NCBI RefSeq assembly: GCF_963921235.1
Contig: NC_086097.1
Location: 119,166,001 to 119,230,000, forward strand
Direction: 5' to 3'
Length of the DNA stretch: 64,000 bases
Source: Mobula hypostoma
Lineage: Eukaryota
Under the pieces are notes generated by a model, which worked only from the letters and a program-made list of their open reading frames with translations, was not told the DNA's origin and did not search any database. This document shows, piece after piece, positions 38,277-51,682 of this stretch (position 1 is its first letter; each line of letters starts with the position of its first letter). The position numbers were made by a program, and so were the translations under genes.

Positions 38277-40575
38277 GATTAGATTAGATTAGATTAGATT
38301 CAACTTTATTGTCATTGTGCCAAATACAGATACAAAACCAATGAAATGCAGTTAGCATCTAACCAGAAATGCAAAGAATAATGTTACTTACAAAATAACT
38401 GTGAATAAAAAGTAAGTGCTACAGCACACAAATATATAAGTACTGAGACAGTACACTATGGGTGCAATACTGCTTAGCACTGTGATGTGAGGTTCAGCAG
38501 TGTCACAGCTTCAGGGAAGAAGCTCTTCCTGTGCCTGCTGGTGCGGGAGCGGAGGCTCCTGTAACACCTACCAGATGAGAGGAGAGTAAAAAGTCCATGG
38601 TTAGGGTGAGATGCACCCTTAATAATGCTTTTCACCCTGCCCGGGCAGCATTTATGGTAGATGTTCTCAATGGTGGGCAATTGGGTGCCGATAATCCGCT
38701 GGGCAGTTTTCACCACCTGCTGGAGTGCTTTGCGGTCCGATACAGAACAATTGCCATACCACACCGAGATGCAGTTGGTGAGTATGCTCTCAATGGTACA
38801 GCGGTAAAAGTCCGTCACTATCCTGGGACAGAGGTGAGCTTTCTTGATGCTCCGCAGGAAATAAAGGCACTGTTTTGCCTTTTTGATCAGGAAGGAGGAG
38901 TTCAGGGACCAGGTGAGATCCTCGGAAATGTGGACATCAGGGAATTTGAAGCTTGATACATGCTCCACTACAGCTCCATTGATGTAGATGGGGACGTGAG
39001 TGTGGCTCCTAGCATGCCTGAAGTCCACAATAATCTCCTTGGTCTTCTAGGTGCTAAGGGCCAGGTTGTTGTTGGCACACCACGCGGCCAAGTGCTGGAC
39101 CTCATCCCTATAGGCCGTCTCGTCATCCCCACTGATCGGGCCAACCACCGTGATGTCATCTGCAAACTTGATTATGGAGTTAGAACCATGTACAGGAACG
39201 CAGTGTGACGAGAATACACATAAAATTAAGATGTTTGCTGGCCTGGGCTAGCATCAGTGGCATCAGCAGTTGGTCTGCCACCTGCCCTCAGGGGAAGGAG
39301 AGATAAGGAACAATGGAGCAGCGTCTGGAGATGTGTAATGAAGGGACGTGGGAGAGAGAGAGCTGTCTGGAGCGGCTCCCCCCTTTGAACCCTGAACTGT
39401 TTGAAGTGATGGACAGGCGATACCCCAGCAGGGGGATAAAAAGGGACAGGTTCGCTAAGACAGACACACACGCCACCTGAGGTAACGAGACCCTGGAAGT
39501 GGTGCGCCTCTCACGAGTGGGTGAGAAGTATCAGACAACGACCAGGATGGAAAGGTACAATCAGCGGGAACCCGGTGTGTGTCCGCCCTTGCCTGGGTGC
39601 CGGGTTCACCGCAGAGGATCGACCGCATCTGGAGGAGGGGTCACAGTCGGTGACCTCAGGTGACATCACCAAGGACCCGCCCAAAAGTTGCTTGTGAGCA
39701 ATCTCGCCGGTCTGTGAGTGAAGCCGTTCTGAATGATCAGTTGTTCCTGTTCTATCTCTCTCTTCCCCCCACGTTGTCCATCGCCATGGCAACGATTACT
39801 GCGAACTGAACTTTGAGTCACTTTGAAATTTGGTCATTTACCCCTAGACAATGATAGAGCTTGATTGATGCTGTTATCTTAATTCTGTGCACATGTGTGT
39901 TTATCATCGCTGAACTGTTGCATTTATTATCCTTTCGATTACTGTGTTGCTTGTTTCTTTAATAAAACTTTCTTAGTTCTAGTACTCCAGACTCCAACTG
40001 AGTGATCCATTTCTGCTGGTTTGGCAACCCAGTTACGGGGTACGTAACAGCAGTCATAGGTGAAAAGGGAGTACAGAAGAGGGCTCAACACACAGCCTTG
40101 AGGCACGCCGGTGCTCAGGGTGAGAGTGGAGGAGGAGAGGTTGTCTAACTTAACTGATTGGTGTCTGTTAGTCAGAAAGTCCAAGATCCAATTGCAGAGG
40201 GATGAGCTGATACCAAGCTGGCGAAGTTTGGTGATCAGCTTGGAGGGGATCACAGTATTGAATGCCGAACTAGAGTCAATGAACAGCATTCTGATGTAAG
40301 AGTTGGGGCGGTCCAGGTGGGTCAGGGCAAAGTGAAGTGCCATGGGGATGACATCCTCTGTTGACCTGTTGGTGCAATAGGCAAATTGATGGGGGTCCAG
40401 GGTAGTGGGCAGACAGGCTTTCAGATGAGATAGAACCAGTCTCTCAAAGCACTTTGCAGTGATGGGGGTGAGTGCAACTGGGGTCATTCAGGCCCGTGGC
40501 AGAGGAGTGCTTTGGCACTGGCACGATGGTGGCATTCTTGAAGCTTGTGGGGCAACTGCCTGGGCCAGGGACAGA
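38277..40575 (-). mobile_element. Rex1/Babar LINE, 5'-truncated, split by a solo LTR
   Basis: [75 protein letters not shown]; (AATCT)n tail. Confidence 0.95.
39204..40049 (+). mobile_element. Solo LTR (846 bp, Gypsy-like)
   Basis: TGTGACG...CGTAACA termini, 4-bp TSD gcag (39200-39203 / 40050-40053), AATAAA at 39961. Removing it restores the Rex RT frame. Confidence 0.92.
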
Positions 40576-41404
40576 TTAATGGCACTCAGGACCCACAGCT
40601 GTGAGGAGTGAACACCAGAAACTAAGAGCACGAGGCAGCCACTTGTCTCTCCTGTCTGCCTTACCATTCATTATAATTAGAGTTGATGGGCGCAGGCCTG
40701 TCTTCTGAGGATAGGAAGTTGAGTATAATAGTAATTTGGGCCTCCATAAGCAAACTAGTCCAAGCTTGGTTGTGTGGTTGTCAGTTAACCCACAGAATGT
40801 CACTATCTGTGCAATGCAGGAGACCATCTGAGCCTGCAGAGATATTACTCCTCAAGATAACATTGAATTTCCCTGTGGACTATTTGTAGATAAGCCCTTT
40901 CAATGTGAGTGTTTTTCTTCCTAGGCTCTCTGACTGTGATCAGAGCAGATTTCAAAGTTCAAAAGTTCTGCAGGAAAAGTTTGAATTCAACGTGAGTGAC
41001 AATCCAAATGACAGAACACCATTAGGCTGCGACCCCTCAATACCACCAGTCTTCAACCAGACTTATTCTAGTATGGCATCCCTTGGGAACAGTCATCACT
41101 TTATGGCACTGCAGAAAAACTGACACTGTCTGACAGAAATACAGTAACACCTCAACATAGGCTTAATTCCCAACCAGATATGACTGGTCCAATTTCCACA
41201 GCGAAACTTCAACCTGGAATGATCACAATCATGCCAATCTGGAAATGATTAATTCTATTTGGCTAGAAACACATTTTCAAATTTCGAAATCTCATTTGTT
41301 AAAATGCAAGAATTTCATAATACGTAATACATGTTTCTATTTCTACGAATACAAAGGGGTAGTGTTTTATTTTTAAATAAAATATAAATACCTGCAGAGG
41401 ATAA

Positions 41405-41760
41405 TACACTCAGTGGCCAGTTTAATAGATACACCTGTACACCGGCTCATTAATACAAATAACTAATCAGCCAATCATGTGGCAGAAACTCAATGAATAA
41501 AAGCATACAGTCATTGTCAAGAGGTTCAGTTGTTCAGACTAAACATCAGAATGGGGAAGAAATGTGATCTAACTGACTTTGACCATAGAATGATTGCTTG
41601 TGCCAGGCAAAGTGGTGTGAGTATCTCAGAAAATGCTAATTTCTGGGATTTATATGAACAACAGTCTTTAGAGTTTACAGAGAATGGTACAAAAAAAAGT
41701 GAGCAGCAGTTCTGTGGGCAAAAAAAATCACTGTTAATGAGAGAGGTCAGAGGAAAATGG
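41405..41760 (+). mobile_element. Tc1-derived MITE, partial
   Basis: tacactcagtggccagtttaatagatacacctgta. Confidence 0.85.
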
Positions 41761-41829
41761 ACAACCAAAGGTGCTTGTTTTTATCTTTGTAGAATTTGTT
41801 TCTTTGCTATCCAAGGACAATTCTACTTG

Positions 41830-42676
41830 AAGAACGTTGGGTACTGCAGGGCTACTCCAGCAGTGAGCTACTCATCGATCAAAGCAGCTGCACTGCTATC
41901 GAGAGCGGAACCAGCTGAAGTGTCGAAGGAGCTGGCCAAGGTGTTGAAGGGGCTGGTCAGGGCTGGGACAGTGGAGAAGGAGCCGGCCAGGATATCGGAG
42001 GAGACCACCAACGTGTCGGAGTAGCCAGTCGGGATATCGGAGGAGCTGGGCAGGATATCAGAGGAGCCAGTTGGAATGTCAGAGGAGCCGGTTTGGGTTT
42101 GGAGGAACTGACCTGGCTGCAGACCAGCTACTCGGAAACATTGGAGTTGATGCATTATAACCGTGGGTGATAGTCTTGGACTTTTCACTTGCAATCACAA
42201 GACTTTGTTGAACAATGATAATGTAAGTTGCCACAGGTCTGTTACCCTTGTTTGGTGGAGAAACAGTCGACATGGGAGCTACGTAGCCTCGGTTGTAGTA
42301 GAACTAAGCCTCAAGGCTCCGCTTGCCTTTTGCTGCAGACCAGGTGCGAAACACAGAAGCAATACAGTGTGGTTGAGCTCGGCTTGGGCCCACCCTCTCC
42401 TGAAGGTGCTGCCCTCCTGTATTTGAGTGGAGGAATAACAAGCAGCATTGTATGTGTCTGCCAGGAGTCTGTACCATTGAATGTCGGACATTGTTCCTCG
42501 GAGTCTTGGGCAATATAATGTATATGTCTTTTTTTTTGAGTGAATATGCTTCCTTGAATTTGTTACTTGCTATTTTTGAATGCTTTACACCTTGGCCCCA
42601 GAGGAACGCTGTCTTGTTCAGCTGTGCAGGGGTAAGTATGGCTTGAATGACAATTAAACTTGATTTGATTTGATTT
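41830..42676 (+). mobile_element. Non-coding repeat with an internal 21-bp minisatellite (~41979-42090) and a Rex-like tail
   Basis: About five ggagccagcc.ggatatcgga-type units; ends accttggccccagaggaacgctgtc..aatgacaattaaacttgatttgatttg. Confidence 0.55.
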
Positions 42677-43844
42677 CTGTGCCGATGGTCCTGTGCTGTG
42701 CTGAACTATGCAGCTATGGAGGCCTTTCACATTTTCCCATTTTTTCTGGGTACGTGTTTTTCTCCCAGATGGAGAAGGCAACCTTAGTGGATGGAAAATG
42801 GAGGTGTGGTGCCAGGTTGAGGACGAGGGAGTAAGAGGAAAGGTGCCAAGAGTGCAGACAGATAGTTGGTAGCTGATATCGTTGCTATGGATCAAAGGCC
42901 TTTCATGATGTGAGCCTGGGAGGAAAAATTCCTGCAGCAACTAGCAATGTACTGCCCATTCATTGATTTTCTCCTCAGACTTATGAATAGTTTACTCCAC
43001 AGATCTGACCATATGGCCTACATTTTGTCCTGTGTGAGAGCTATCAGTACATACTAAGAGCAGATAATTTGCCCATCTGTGCCTCTGAAGACATAAACCT
43101 GATGGGATTGAGATTGCTGGGCATCCATCCATTAAAAGTTGAGAAAGATAATTACAAAAGGAAAGAGAGCTTTAGAGGTCCTTTAAAAGTAAGATTTGAA
43201 TTTATTTCAGAGTAACTGAGAGATTATAGGTTTATTCCATGGATACAGAAGGACCATTAGGCAGTGAAGTGGAATCAGTACTTTGTGTTCATTTTCAAGG
43301 ATATCTAATGACACAAAATGATCCTAAATTATTTTCCTTTGGGTAAAATCTTGTTGCAATTCAAGTTCATAAGAGCTACATTAAATCCCTTAGACTAAGT
43401 TACAGTTCTCTCTATCAAGCTCTTGAATCCACTCTTGGCAGCTGAAGAAAGTTCTTCGCTGACTTGGTGTCTGACACAATACATTGTAGTGAAGAGGTGG
43501 TAAAATGTCTCTGAAGTTCTGTTGCAATCAAGTTCCTAATGAAAGAGCTTTTTAATGGGGTAAGAGGAATGGGATTGTATCACCTTCCAAAGGATAGGGT
43601 AGTGGGTCATTTGTTGCTAATGCAAGAAGCTACTGATTCATCATTACTAAACACTTCTGAGGACATCAAATGATATTTTGTTAGAATTGAGGACCTCAAT
43701 TATTCAATGCATTGATGTGCCCAGAACTTATTGAGGAATGTCATGGTGAGCTGTTTTGAAGCGCAGCAGTCCCAGTAGTCAAAATATTCTTTGATGGCTG
43801 ACGTTGGAAGCTCCAGGACTTTGATCAGAAAAATAATGGAAACT

Positions 43845-44320
43845 TTAGGTTGGAGGAGCAATATCTCATATTCTGTCTAGGTAGCTTCCAACCTGACTTC
43901 ATAAACGTAGATTTCTCTATCTTCTGTTAATCTCTCCCCTTTCCCCCTTCTCTCTTTTACCATTGCTCATTCTGGTTCCCCTCTTACTGCCTCTCTTCTC
44001 CTCACCTGCCTGTCACCTCCCTTTGGTGCTTCATTTCTTTCCCTTTCTCCCCTGATCCACTCTGCTTTCCTATCAGATTCCTTCTTCTATAGCCCTTTAG
44101 CTCTTCCACCTATCACCTCCCGGCTTCTTACTTCAACACCCCTCCTGTCCCCATCCACCTTATCCCTCACATGGCCTTACCTATCACCTGACAGTTTCTA
44201 CTCTTTCTCCTCTCCCTCCATCGTCTTATTCTGTCTTGATGAAGGGTCTTGTCCAAATATTTGACCATTATTTCCCCTATATAAATGCCTACTGAATTCC
44301 TCCTGCATTTCTTTTCTGTG
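43845..44320 (+). mobile_element. Old Penelope 3' fragment
   Basis: aggttggaggagcaatatctcatattctgtctaggtagcttccaacctga, pyrimidine tract, degenerate ttgatgaagggtctt. Confidence 0.8.
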
Positions 44321-44894
44321 TAACTAAAGAAATTTTTTTTGAACATTGGTATATAGTATGACTTGGAGAGGAACTGGTTTTCCACTGCACCTGCTACACT
44401 TATCTTTCTTGGCTGTGGGTTTAGAATGTGCCGTCGATGAATTATCGGCAAAACATGCCAGGGATCTTGCAAAAGATGCATTCTGTAGTTTCATAGTCAG
44501 TAAGAAGAGGGAATATTAAACAAAATGATTTGAATGATAATAACCACTTTCATTCTGGATGACTATGACCGTCGGGTACGTAGGTGGGAGGAAAGTCATA
44601 CAAGAGAAATTGAGGTGTGAATTTGTAGAGATGAAGTTATAACATGTGCGTTTGGCAGCAGAAGTAATCCAGGTCCGCAAGAAGCATGACCTGAGAAGTG
44701 TAAGGCATAGGACAAGATGTGTGTTAAGTGATGACCACCTCAACAAAGGGAGAATTTGAGTATTTTCCATATGAGCATTCCCACCAGTGAATCATCCACT
44801 GTTAACACCTGCTGACAACAGATTAATATCTTCCCAGGGAACTCGCAGAAATAATGGGGCAAATATGTCGCCATCTGATGGCCTCAAATTCATG

Positions 44895-45145
44895 TTTTTT
44901 TTAATTGAGATACTGTGTGGAATAGGCCCTTCTGGGTCTTCAAACTGCATTGCCCAGCAATCCCCCAATTTAATCCTGGGCTAATCACGGGACAATTAAC
45001 CAGTACATCTTTGGACTGTGGGAGGAAAGCAGAGCACCCAGAGGAAGTCCATGTGGTCACGGGGAGAGCATACAAACTCCTTACAGACAGCAGTGGGTAT
45101 TGAACCTGGGTCACTGGCACTGTAAAACTTGTGCTAACCTGTACG
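44895..45145 (-). mobile_element. HE1/V-SINE-like element
   Basis: tgtgggaggaaagcagagcacccagaggaagtccatgtggtcacggggagagcatacaaactcc (V-domain, reverse complement). Confidence 0.8.
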
Positions 45146-45971
45146 CTGCATCCTACTCCTAATTGCCAATGATAAGGCTTGTCACTGTGCCAGAAATAAG
45201 GGGGTGTGATGGAATACTCTTCTGCCCCTTGCCCAGATCAGTACTGTTCCAACAATCATCAGGAAACTTGACAGAATGTAGGTCAAACAGTCCATCCACC
45301 ATCTTAACCATTCAATTTCGCCAGCATTGGCTCATGCTGGCTCCATTTTCATGTTCCTGGCAACAAAGACGCTTACTTCATCGGCCCTATCCTCTCATCT
45401 CCTTTTACTTGCTGGGATTCCCAATCTCCCTGTGTTTAAAAAAATAAATGGAAGCACTGATTTCAGTGTTAACTAAAGTTAGAAATGTTGACCTCCTCAA
45501 CTGCTCTCAATTCGGACTGAAAGACACATTGATGGTGGAGATCATCAGGACAGTGTTGGGTTGAAGATTTATTCACAACTTTGTGATCTGGCGTTTTGAG
45601 CATTTTCTCAGATTGGAATATCAATAGCATTGTTTTCAATGCTATCTGATTGGTTTCAGTCTTCTTTCATTCACGAGATTATGGAAGGAATGCTGAAGAG
45701 CATCGTGTGGGCTATTACTTACAGTGAAAGTTCCAGGTTATGTAATGAACTTGCCTTTGTAATCACTGAGCAACTGCCTCACTCCTGATATCACTGACAC
45801 AAGATCGTTACTTTGCTTTCCTACTTTTGTTTCATTATAGTCACATATTTGTCCTCACGCAAACAGGCTGGTATCACTACATTAATGATTCGTCTAATAT
45901 TGGAGTGCATGAAAACTATGTAAGACATACTCTACAGCACAAATAATAGAGCTGTGGCAAAAAATAAGTCT

Positions 45972-46815
45972 CCATAAGACCAAAAGACAACATAAGACAT
46001 AAGAGAAAAATTAGGCCATTTGGCCCATCGATTCTGCTCCACCATTTCATCATGGCCAATTTATTAACTCTCTCAAACTCATTTTCCTACCTTCTCCCCA
46101 ATAACCTTTGACATACTCATTAATTAAGAAACTACCAACATCCATCTTAAATATACCCAATGTCTTGGCCTGCACAACTGCCTGCGGCAAAGAATTCCAC
46201 AGATTCACCACAATCTGGCTCAAGCAATGTTTCTTCAACTCTGTCTCTCAGTTCTGATTCTGGCCCTCTGGTTCTAACCGCCCATATTATACGAAACATC
46301 CTCTCCACATCCCCTCTATCTATGCTTTTCAATATGCAATACATACTGATGAGACTCCTTTTATGGAATCAAGTATAAGGACTCCCAAGTCTATTATCAC
46401 CTCTGATTTTTCAGTTTTTTCCCCATATGGAAAACAATGCATGCCTTTATTCCTTCTGCCAAAATGAATGACCATGCATTTTCCTACACTATATTCCATC
46501 TGCTACTTCTTTGCCAATTTCCCTTAACCTCTTTAAGTCCTTCTGTAGACACTCTGCTTCCTCAACACTTACTCCCTCTCCACCTATCTTTGTATCATCT
46601 GCAAACTTGGCCACAAAACTACAAATTCCTTCATCCAAATCATTGACATACAATGTGAAAAGCAATCCCAACACTGACCCCTGCGGAACATCACTAGTCT
46701 CTGACATCCATCTGGAAAATACCCCTTTTGCTCCCACTCTTTGCCTCCTGCCAGTCAGCCAATCCTCTAACCATACTAATACCTTTCCTGTAAAACTCCA
46801 GACTTCTATCTTGTA
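45972..46815 (-). mobile_element. CR1 fragment with an internal deletion
   Basis: SDVPQGSVLG, KFADDTKIGG, VNLWNSLPQ; cataagac tail. Confidence 0.9.
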
Positions 46816-47154
46816 ACTATTTTCAATTCAGTACAGTTTTATTTCCCTCCCCTCTTGCCTGCTTTTTTCAAAACTCTATTTACAGTGGCTCAAATAAATG
46901 CGTGCGGTTGACTGAGAGCATGTACGTTTTTTAAGAGAAATAACCTTGGAAAATATGAACCACAGGGTCTAGAGAACTCTCCCTCAAAGGGCAGTGGAAG
47001 CAGGGTCTTTGATTATGTTGAAGGTTGATAGATAAGAAAGGGAACAGAAGATTACAGTGTGTAGTCAGAAAGGAAGGGATGAACTTGCAACCATATTAGC
47101 AAGCTCAAGCATCTAAGCACTCCAAACCTGCTCCTAATTTCTATCCCTATCCAC

Positions 47155-47732
47155 ATTCAGTGACCACTTTATTAGGGAGATGCATTCACCCGCTCATTAA
47201 TTGAAATATCTAATCAGCCAAACATGTGGCAGCAACTCAAAGCATAAAAATCAAGCAGGCATGGTCAAGATGTTCAGTTGCTGTTCAGATCAAGCATCAG
47301 AATGGGAAAAGAATGTTGTCTAAGTGACTTTGACCGTGGATTGATTGTTGGTGCCAGACAGGGGTGGTTTGAGTAACTCAAACACTGCTGATCTCCTGGG
47401 ATTTTCACACACAACAGTCCCTAGAGTTTACAGAGAATGGTGCGAGAAACAAAAAAAAAAACATCCAGTGAGCAGCATTTCTGTGCACAAATATGACATG
47501 TTACTGAGGGAGATCAAAGGAGAATGGCCAGACTGGTTCAAGCTGACAAGAAGACAACAGTAATTCAACTAACCACGTGTTACAACAATGGTGTGCAGAA
47601 GAGCATCTCTAAGTATGCAGCATTTTGAACCTCGAACTGGAGGAACTACAGCAGCAGAAGGCCACAAACATACACTCAGAGGCCACTTTATTAGGTACTG
47701 GAGGTAACTGATAATGTGGCCACTGTGTGTAT
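47155..47732 (+). mobile_element. Tc1-derived MITE, full length
   Basis: Left TIR cagtgaccactttattagg; right end tacactcagaggccactttattaggtac..gtggccactgtgtgta (a direct plus an inverted TIR copy). Confidence 0.85.
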
Positions 47733-47761
47733 AAATACAAACACAAAATAACAGAATATGG

Positions 47762-47895
47762 TCTATGATGAAAGGACTCAGCCTGAACATCAGCTATTTA
47801 TTCCCCTCTATAGCTACTGCCTTACCTGCTGAGTTCCTCTAACAATTTTGTGTTTTGCTCGAGATTTCATGTTTCTGCAGGATGTCTTGTGTTCA
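47762..47895 (+). mobile_element. Penelope pLTR fragment
   Basis: Degenerate tgatgaaagg..cctgaac followed by acctgctgagttcctc. Confidence 0.65.
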
Positions 47896-48679
47896 GAATG
47901 TGAGACAGGACAGGCTGCTAGTGTCAGATAAAGGAAAGAGATTCTAATCCTGTGGAGCTACTTGTAACTGAAACTCATTAACAATAAAAGAAAAATACTT
48001 TTACTTTGTCAATGCCAATTTGTAGATAATTCGTACATAGAATATCAATTACTGCTATATTATCAAATATCAAAGGAGGTGTGGAAATTGATAGGCACTG
48101 ATCTGGCTCTGTTGCTGTGAGATCATTATACATATCCATCGGCTTCATTTGATTGCCTTTGAGGTTAGGGAGAAAGGCCAACTCACTCAAAGCTATGTGT
48201 AGGTGGTGTCGATTCCATGACAGTATAGATCGTACAAGGACTGTAGGGAAAACATATGGTGAGCTGCAGGGCCATTTATTTCTGCTTCAGAATAAATGAT
48301 ATTCTTAAGGAATTTCCATACTAACCAACCATTCTAGTTAGCTTATCCTCTTCAATCCATTACCCTTGTTACTGCACTACACTGTAAACACTTAAAACCA
48401 CTTTTTATAATGCTGTTTGCATTGTAAATGAATGCTGGTATTTATGTAAGTATGTACATTTTATTCCAAGTCTCTACTTTCTCTCTAAATTTTTTTTTGT
48501 ATAATTCTTATTCTTTATAATTGCTGACTATTGTTTTTATTTTTGATTTCATGCTGTGCCCTGACCTACACACCATAGCAAATTACCAGGACACATAACT
48601 GTAAATGGCAAATAAAGTTGATCCTTGATTCCACATCAGAAATTGTATTTAATTTCTCAGTTGTGTTTGCAGAGGTAAT

Positions 48680-49243
48680 ATACAATCAGAAGCCAATTTA
48701 TTAGGTACCCCTACACTTGCTTGTTAAAGCAAATATATAATCATGTGGTAGCAACTTAATGCATACAAGCATACAGACATGGTCAAGAGGTTCAGTTGTT
48801 GCTCAGATTTAACATCAGAATGGGGAAAAATGTGATCTAAGTGTCTTTGACCATGGAATGATTGCTGGTGCCAGACAGGGTGGTTTGAGTAGCTTAGAAA
48901 CTACTGATCTCCTGGGATGTTCAGTCTCTGGAGTTTATAGAGGATGGTGCAGAAAACAAAAAAAAAACAAACATACAGCAAGTGGCAATGCTGTGGGTAA
49001 AAATGGCTTGTTAATGTGAAAAGTCAGAAGAGATTGGCCAGACTGGTTCAAGCTGACAGGAAAGTGACGGTAGCTCAAATAACCACACGTTACAACAATG
49101 ATGTGCAAAAGAACATCTCTGAATGTACAACACATTGAAACTTAAAGTGGATGGGCTACAGCAGCAGAAGACCAGGAACATACATGTAGTGGCCGCTTTA
49201 ATAGGTAGAGGAGGTAAGTAATGAAGTGGCCACTAACTGTATA
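48680..49243 (+). mobile_element. Tc1-derived MITE, full length
   Basis: gccaatttattaggtacc ... gtggccgctttaataggta..aagtggccactaactgta. Confidence 0.85.
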
Positions 49244-49599
49244 TTTAGAAAAGATGTGTTATTATTAACTTTACAACATCAATTGAATGTGTTGTAGACA
49301 AAGTATTTAATATCAATTTCTGTGTCACTATCACAGACAAGCTAAATCAATAACTTATCAGATTGATCTTTCAAGGCTGATTTGTCTCAAGGGAAATAAA
49401 ATTCTACAGCTCCTAACAGAGAAATGTTGACTGTTTGAATGATACCTGATTCCAAATATAGATTGGTTAGCATGCAGAAGTGTATAGGTGGCGAATGCCA
49501 TGACATCACTACAAATATTTGCATAGCACTCACAATCTGTCCCATGAAATGAGTCAGGATCACTGAACCTTTGGAGAAGCCACACGAAATAAACATACT

Positions 49600-50200
49600 G
49601 TATGATTCAATAAGCTTGGTTTGGTAAGTGATTCAAGATTATTGCATACAGCTCTGGTCACCTCACTGTATGAAGGATGTTGAGGCTTTGAAGAGGATGC
49701 AGAGAGGTTTACCAGAATGCTGCTGGTTTAGAGGGCATGTGCTATCATGAGTGGCAGGACAAACTTTGGTTGGTTTCTTTGGAGCCGCAGAGACTGAAGA
49801 GAGATCCGATAGTGGTTCATAAGATTATGAGAGGCATAGATACAATAGATAGGAATAATCTGATTCTCAGGGTAGAAATGTCTAATACCAGAGGGCAATC
49901 ATTGAAGGTGAGAAAAGGAAGGTTGAAAGAGGATGTAAGGGGTAAGTTTTTACTCAGAGAGTGGTGGGATGCCTGGAATGGGCTACCTGATAATGTGGTA
50001 GAGCCAAATACATTAGAGGCTTTAAGGGACATTTAGATAGGCACATTAGATATTGTGAGGAAGTTGGGGGAGGATATGGACATTGTGTCGGTAGGAGGGT
50101 TGGCTTTTTGGTGTTTTTGATACACTTTTTAGCTGTTTCAGCACAACATTGTGGGGCGAAGAGCCTGTTGCTGTGCTGTACTATTCAATGTCTTATCTTC
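49600..50200 (+). mobile_element. CR1 3' fragment
   Basis: SLEPQRLKRD..HKIMRGID..TRGQSLKV..WNGLP; cctgttgctgtgctgta tail. Confidence 0.85.
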
Positions 50201-51282
50201 TACGTCATTGTTTATCGTCATTCTTCAGTACATGAGTGTAAAGTAGAGCAAAATAATTGTTACTCTGGATCTGATGTAGCATAAAAAACACAATAAATAG
50301 AAATATAAAATATAAAATGTATATAAGCTAATCTCATGTGTGTATAGACACACTCTACAGATACTTGTACATTGTGCTTTATAAAATTTATAAAATATAA
50401 TTTTTTTAAACACGATGTACAAGTATCTGTAGAGTGTGGCTATACACACATGAGATTAGTTTATATACAGACTGACTGCATGTACATAAAGTGATGCTAG
50501 GAGCAGAAGTATCCAAACATAGGCGATTCTGACAGGAAACGATAAAATGACAAAGTGGCTCTTTTCAAGAGGAACTCTTCTTGGTAACAGCAGGGTTATG
50601 AAAACATAGTAGGACAATGGCTGTGTCAGTACAGGTATGAGGTGTGGAGTGTAAGTGTGAAGTGAAAGTGTAAGGAGGATAAAGGGTACAGACAGGCTGT
50701 GGAGTGAAGTGGCTGATGCATGTGTAGTGGTGGTGGATAGGATTAATGGTTGGAGGTGCTGATTAGTCTGATAATTTAAGGAAAGTAACCGACTTTGATA
50801 GAACTCTGAATGTAGATCGCTACAGGGAGTCGGTAGGCCAGTCACTGCAATCATTGGGTGAGAATGTGGCTGGTGTGTGGCTTAGCTCTGTATTTCCGTC
50901 TTTTACATGCATCTTTTGCTTCATCTGCATTTCTAGTGATGAAAGTAATATCAATCTCAGATTTAAAATTGCAACTGATTGGACGTCGATGACAATCAGT
51001 GGAAAGGTAATCCAAAGGTCTACTAATCTTTGCAAAGATAATCAAACAATAGAAATTACTGAAAATGTTCAGCTGGTCAGGCAACAGTTGCAGAGTTAAT
51101 GCTTCAATTCATTTCAACACTGCTTCATCAGGATAGCGGAGTTGAGCAAGCAGTGTGCTACACAAACCTCCGCTCATGTTTATTCACCTGAGGATAAGAT
51201 CAATTCCTTCTACTCCAGGATTGAATTATTTCATTCTCTCAACCTGCTTCACAGCCTCAGAATGCTTAATATTACAGAGTGT

Positions 51283-51560
51283 GCACTTAGTCGCCACTTT
51301 ATTAGGTACACATGTACACCCACTCATTAATGCAAATATCTAATCGGCCAGTCTTGTGGCAGTAACTCAATGCGTAAAAGCATTGGTCAAGAGGTTCTGT
51401 TGTTGTTCACACCAAACATCAGAATGGGGGAAAACTGTGATCTAAATGATACAGACTGTGGAAAGATTGCTGGTGCCAGATGGGTTGGTTTGAATATCTC
51501 AGAAACTGCTTATCTCCTGGGATTTTCACGCACAACAGTCTACACTAAATTTTGTGAAAA
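51283..51560 (+). mobile_element. Tc1-derived MITE, partial
   Basis: cacttagtcgccactttattaggtacac. Confidence 0.8.
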
Positions 51561-51682
51561 CCTGCATCTTTATCATTTGAATCATAAGGTACATAGACAC
51601 AATAACTCCCAAGCTCTCTAGTTGGATTCCAACCATTCCGACTTTCCTTTTCTGTCATTGGACCAATATCCTAGAATTACCT

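Noticed and set aside
41140..41215. Possible minus-strand exon (ttccag acceptor, gag|gt donor)
   Set aside because: Weak polypyrimidine tract and donor, no recognisable peptide, and no neighbouring exons.
41979..42090. Regularly spaced repeats resembling a CRISPR array or repeat protein
   Set aside because: These are contiguous 21-bp tandem units without unique spacers in vertebrate DNA, i.e. a minisatellite.
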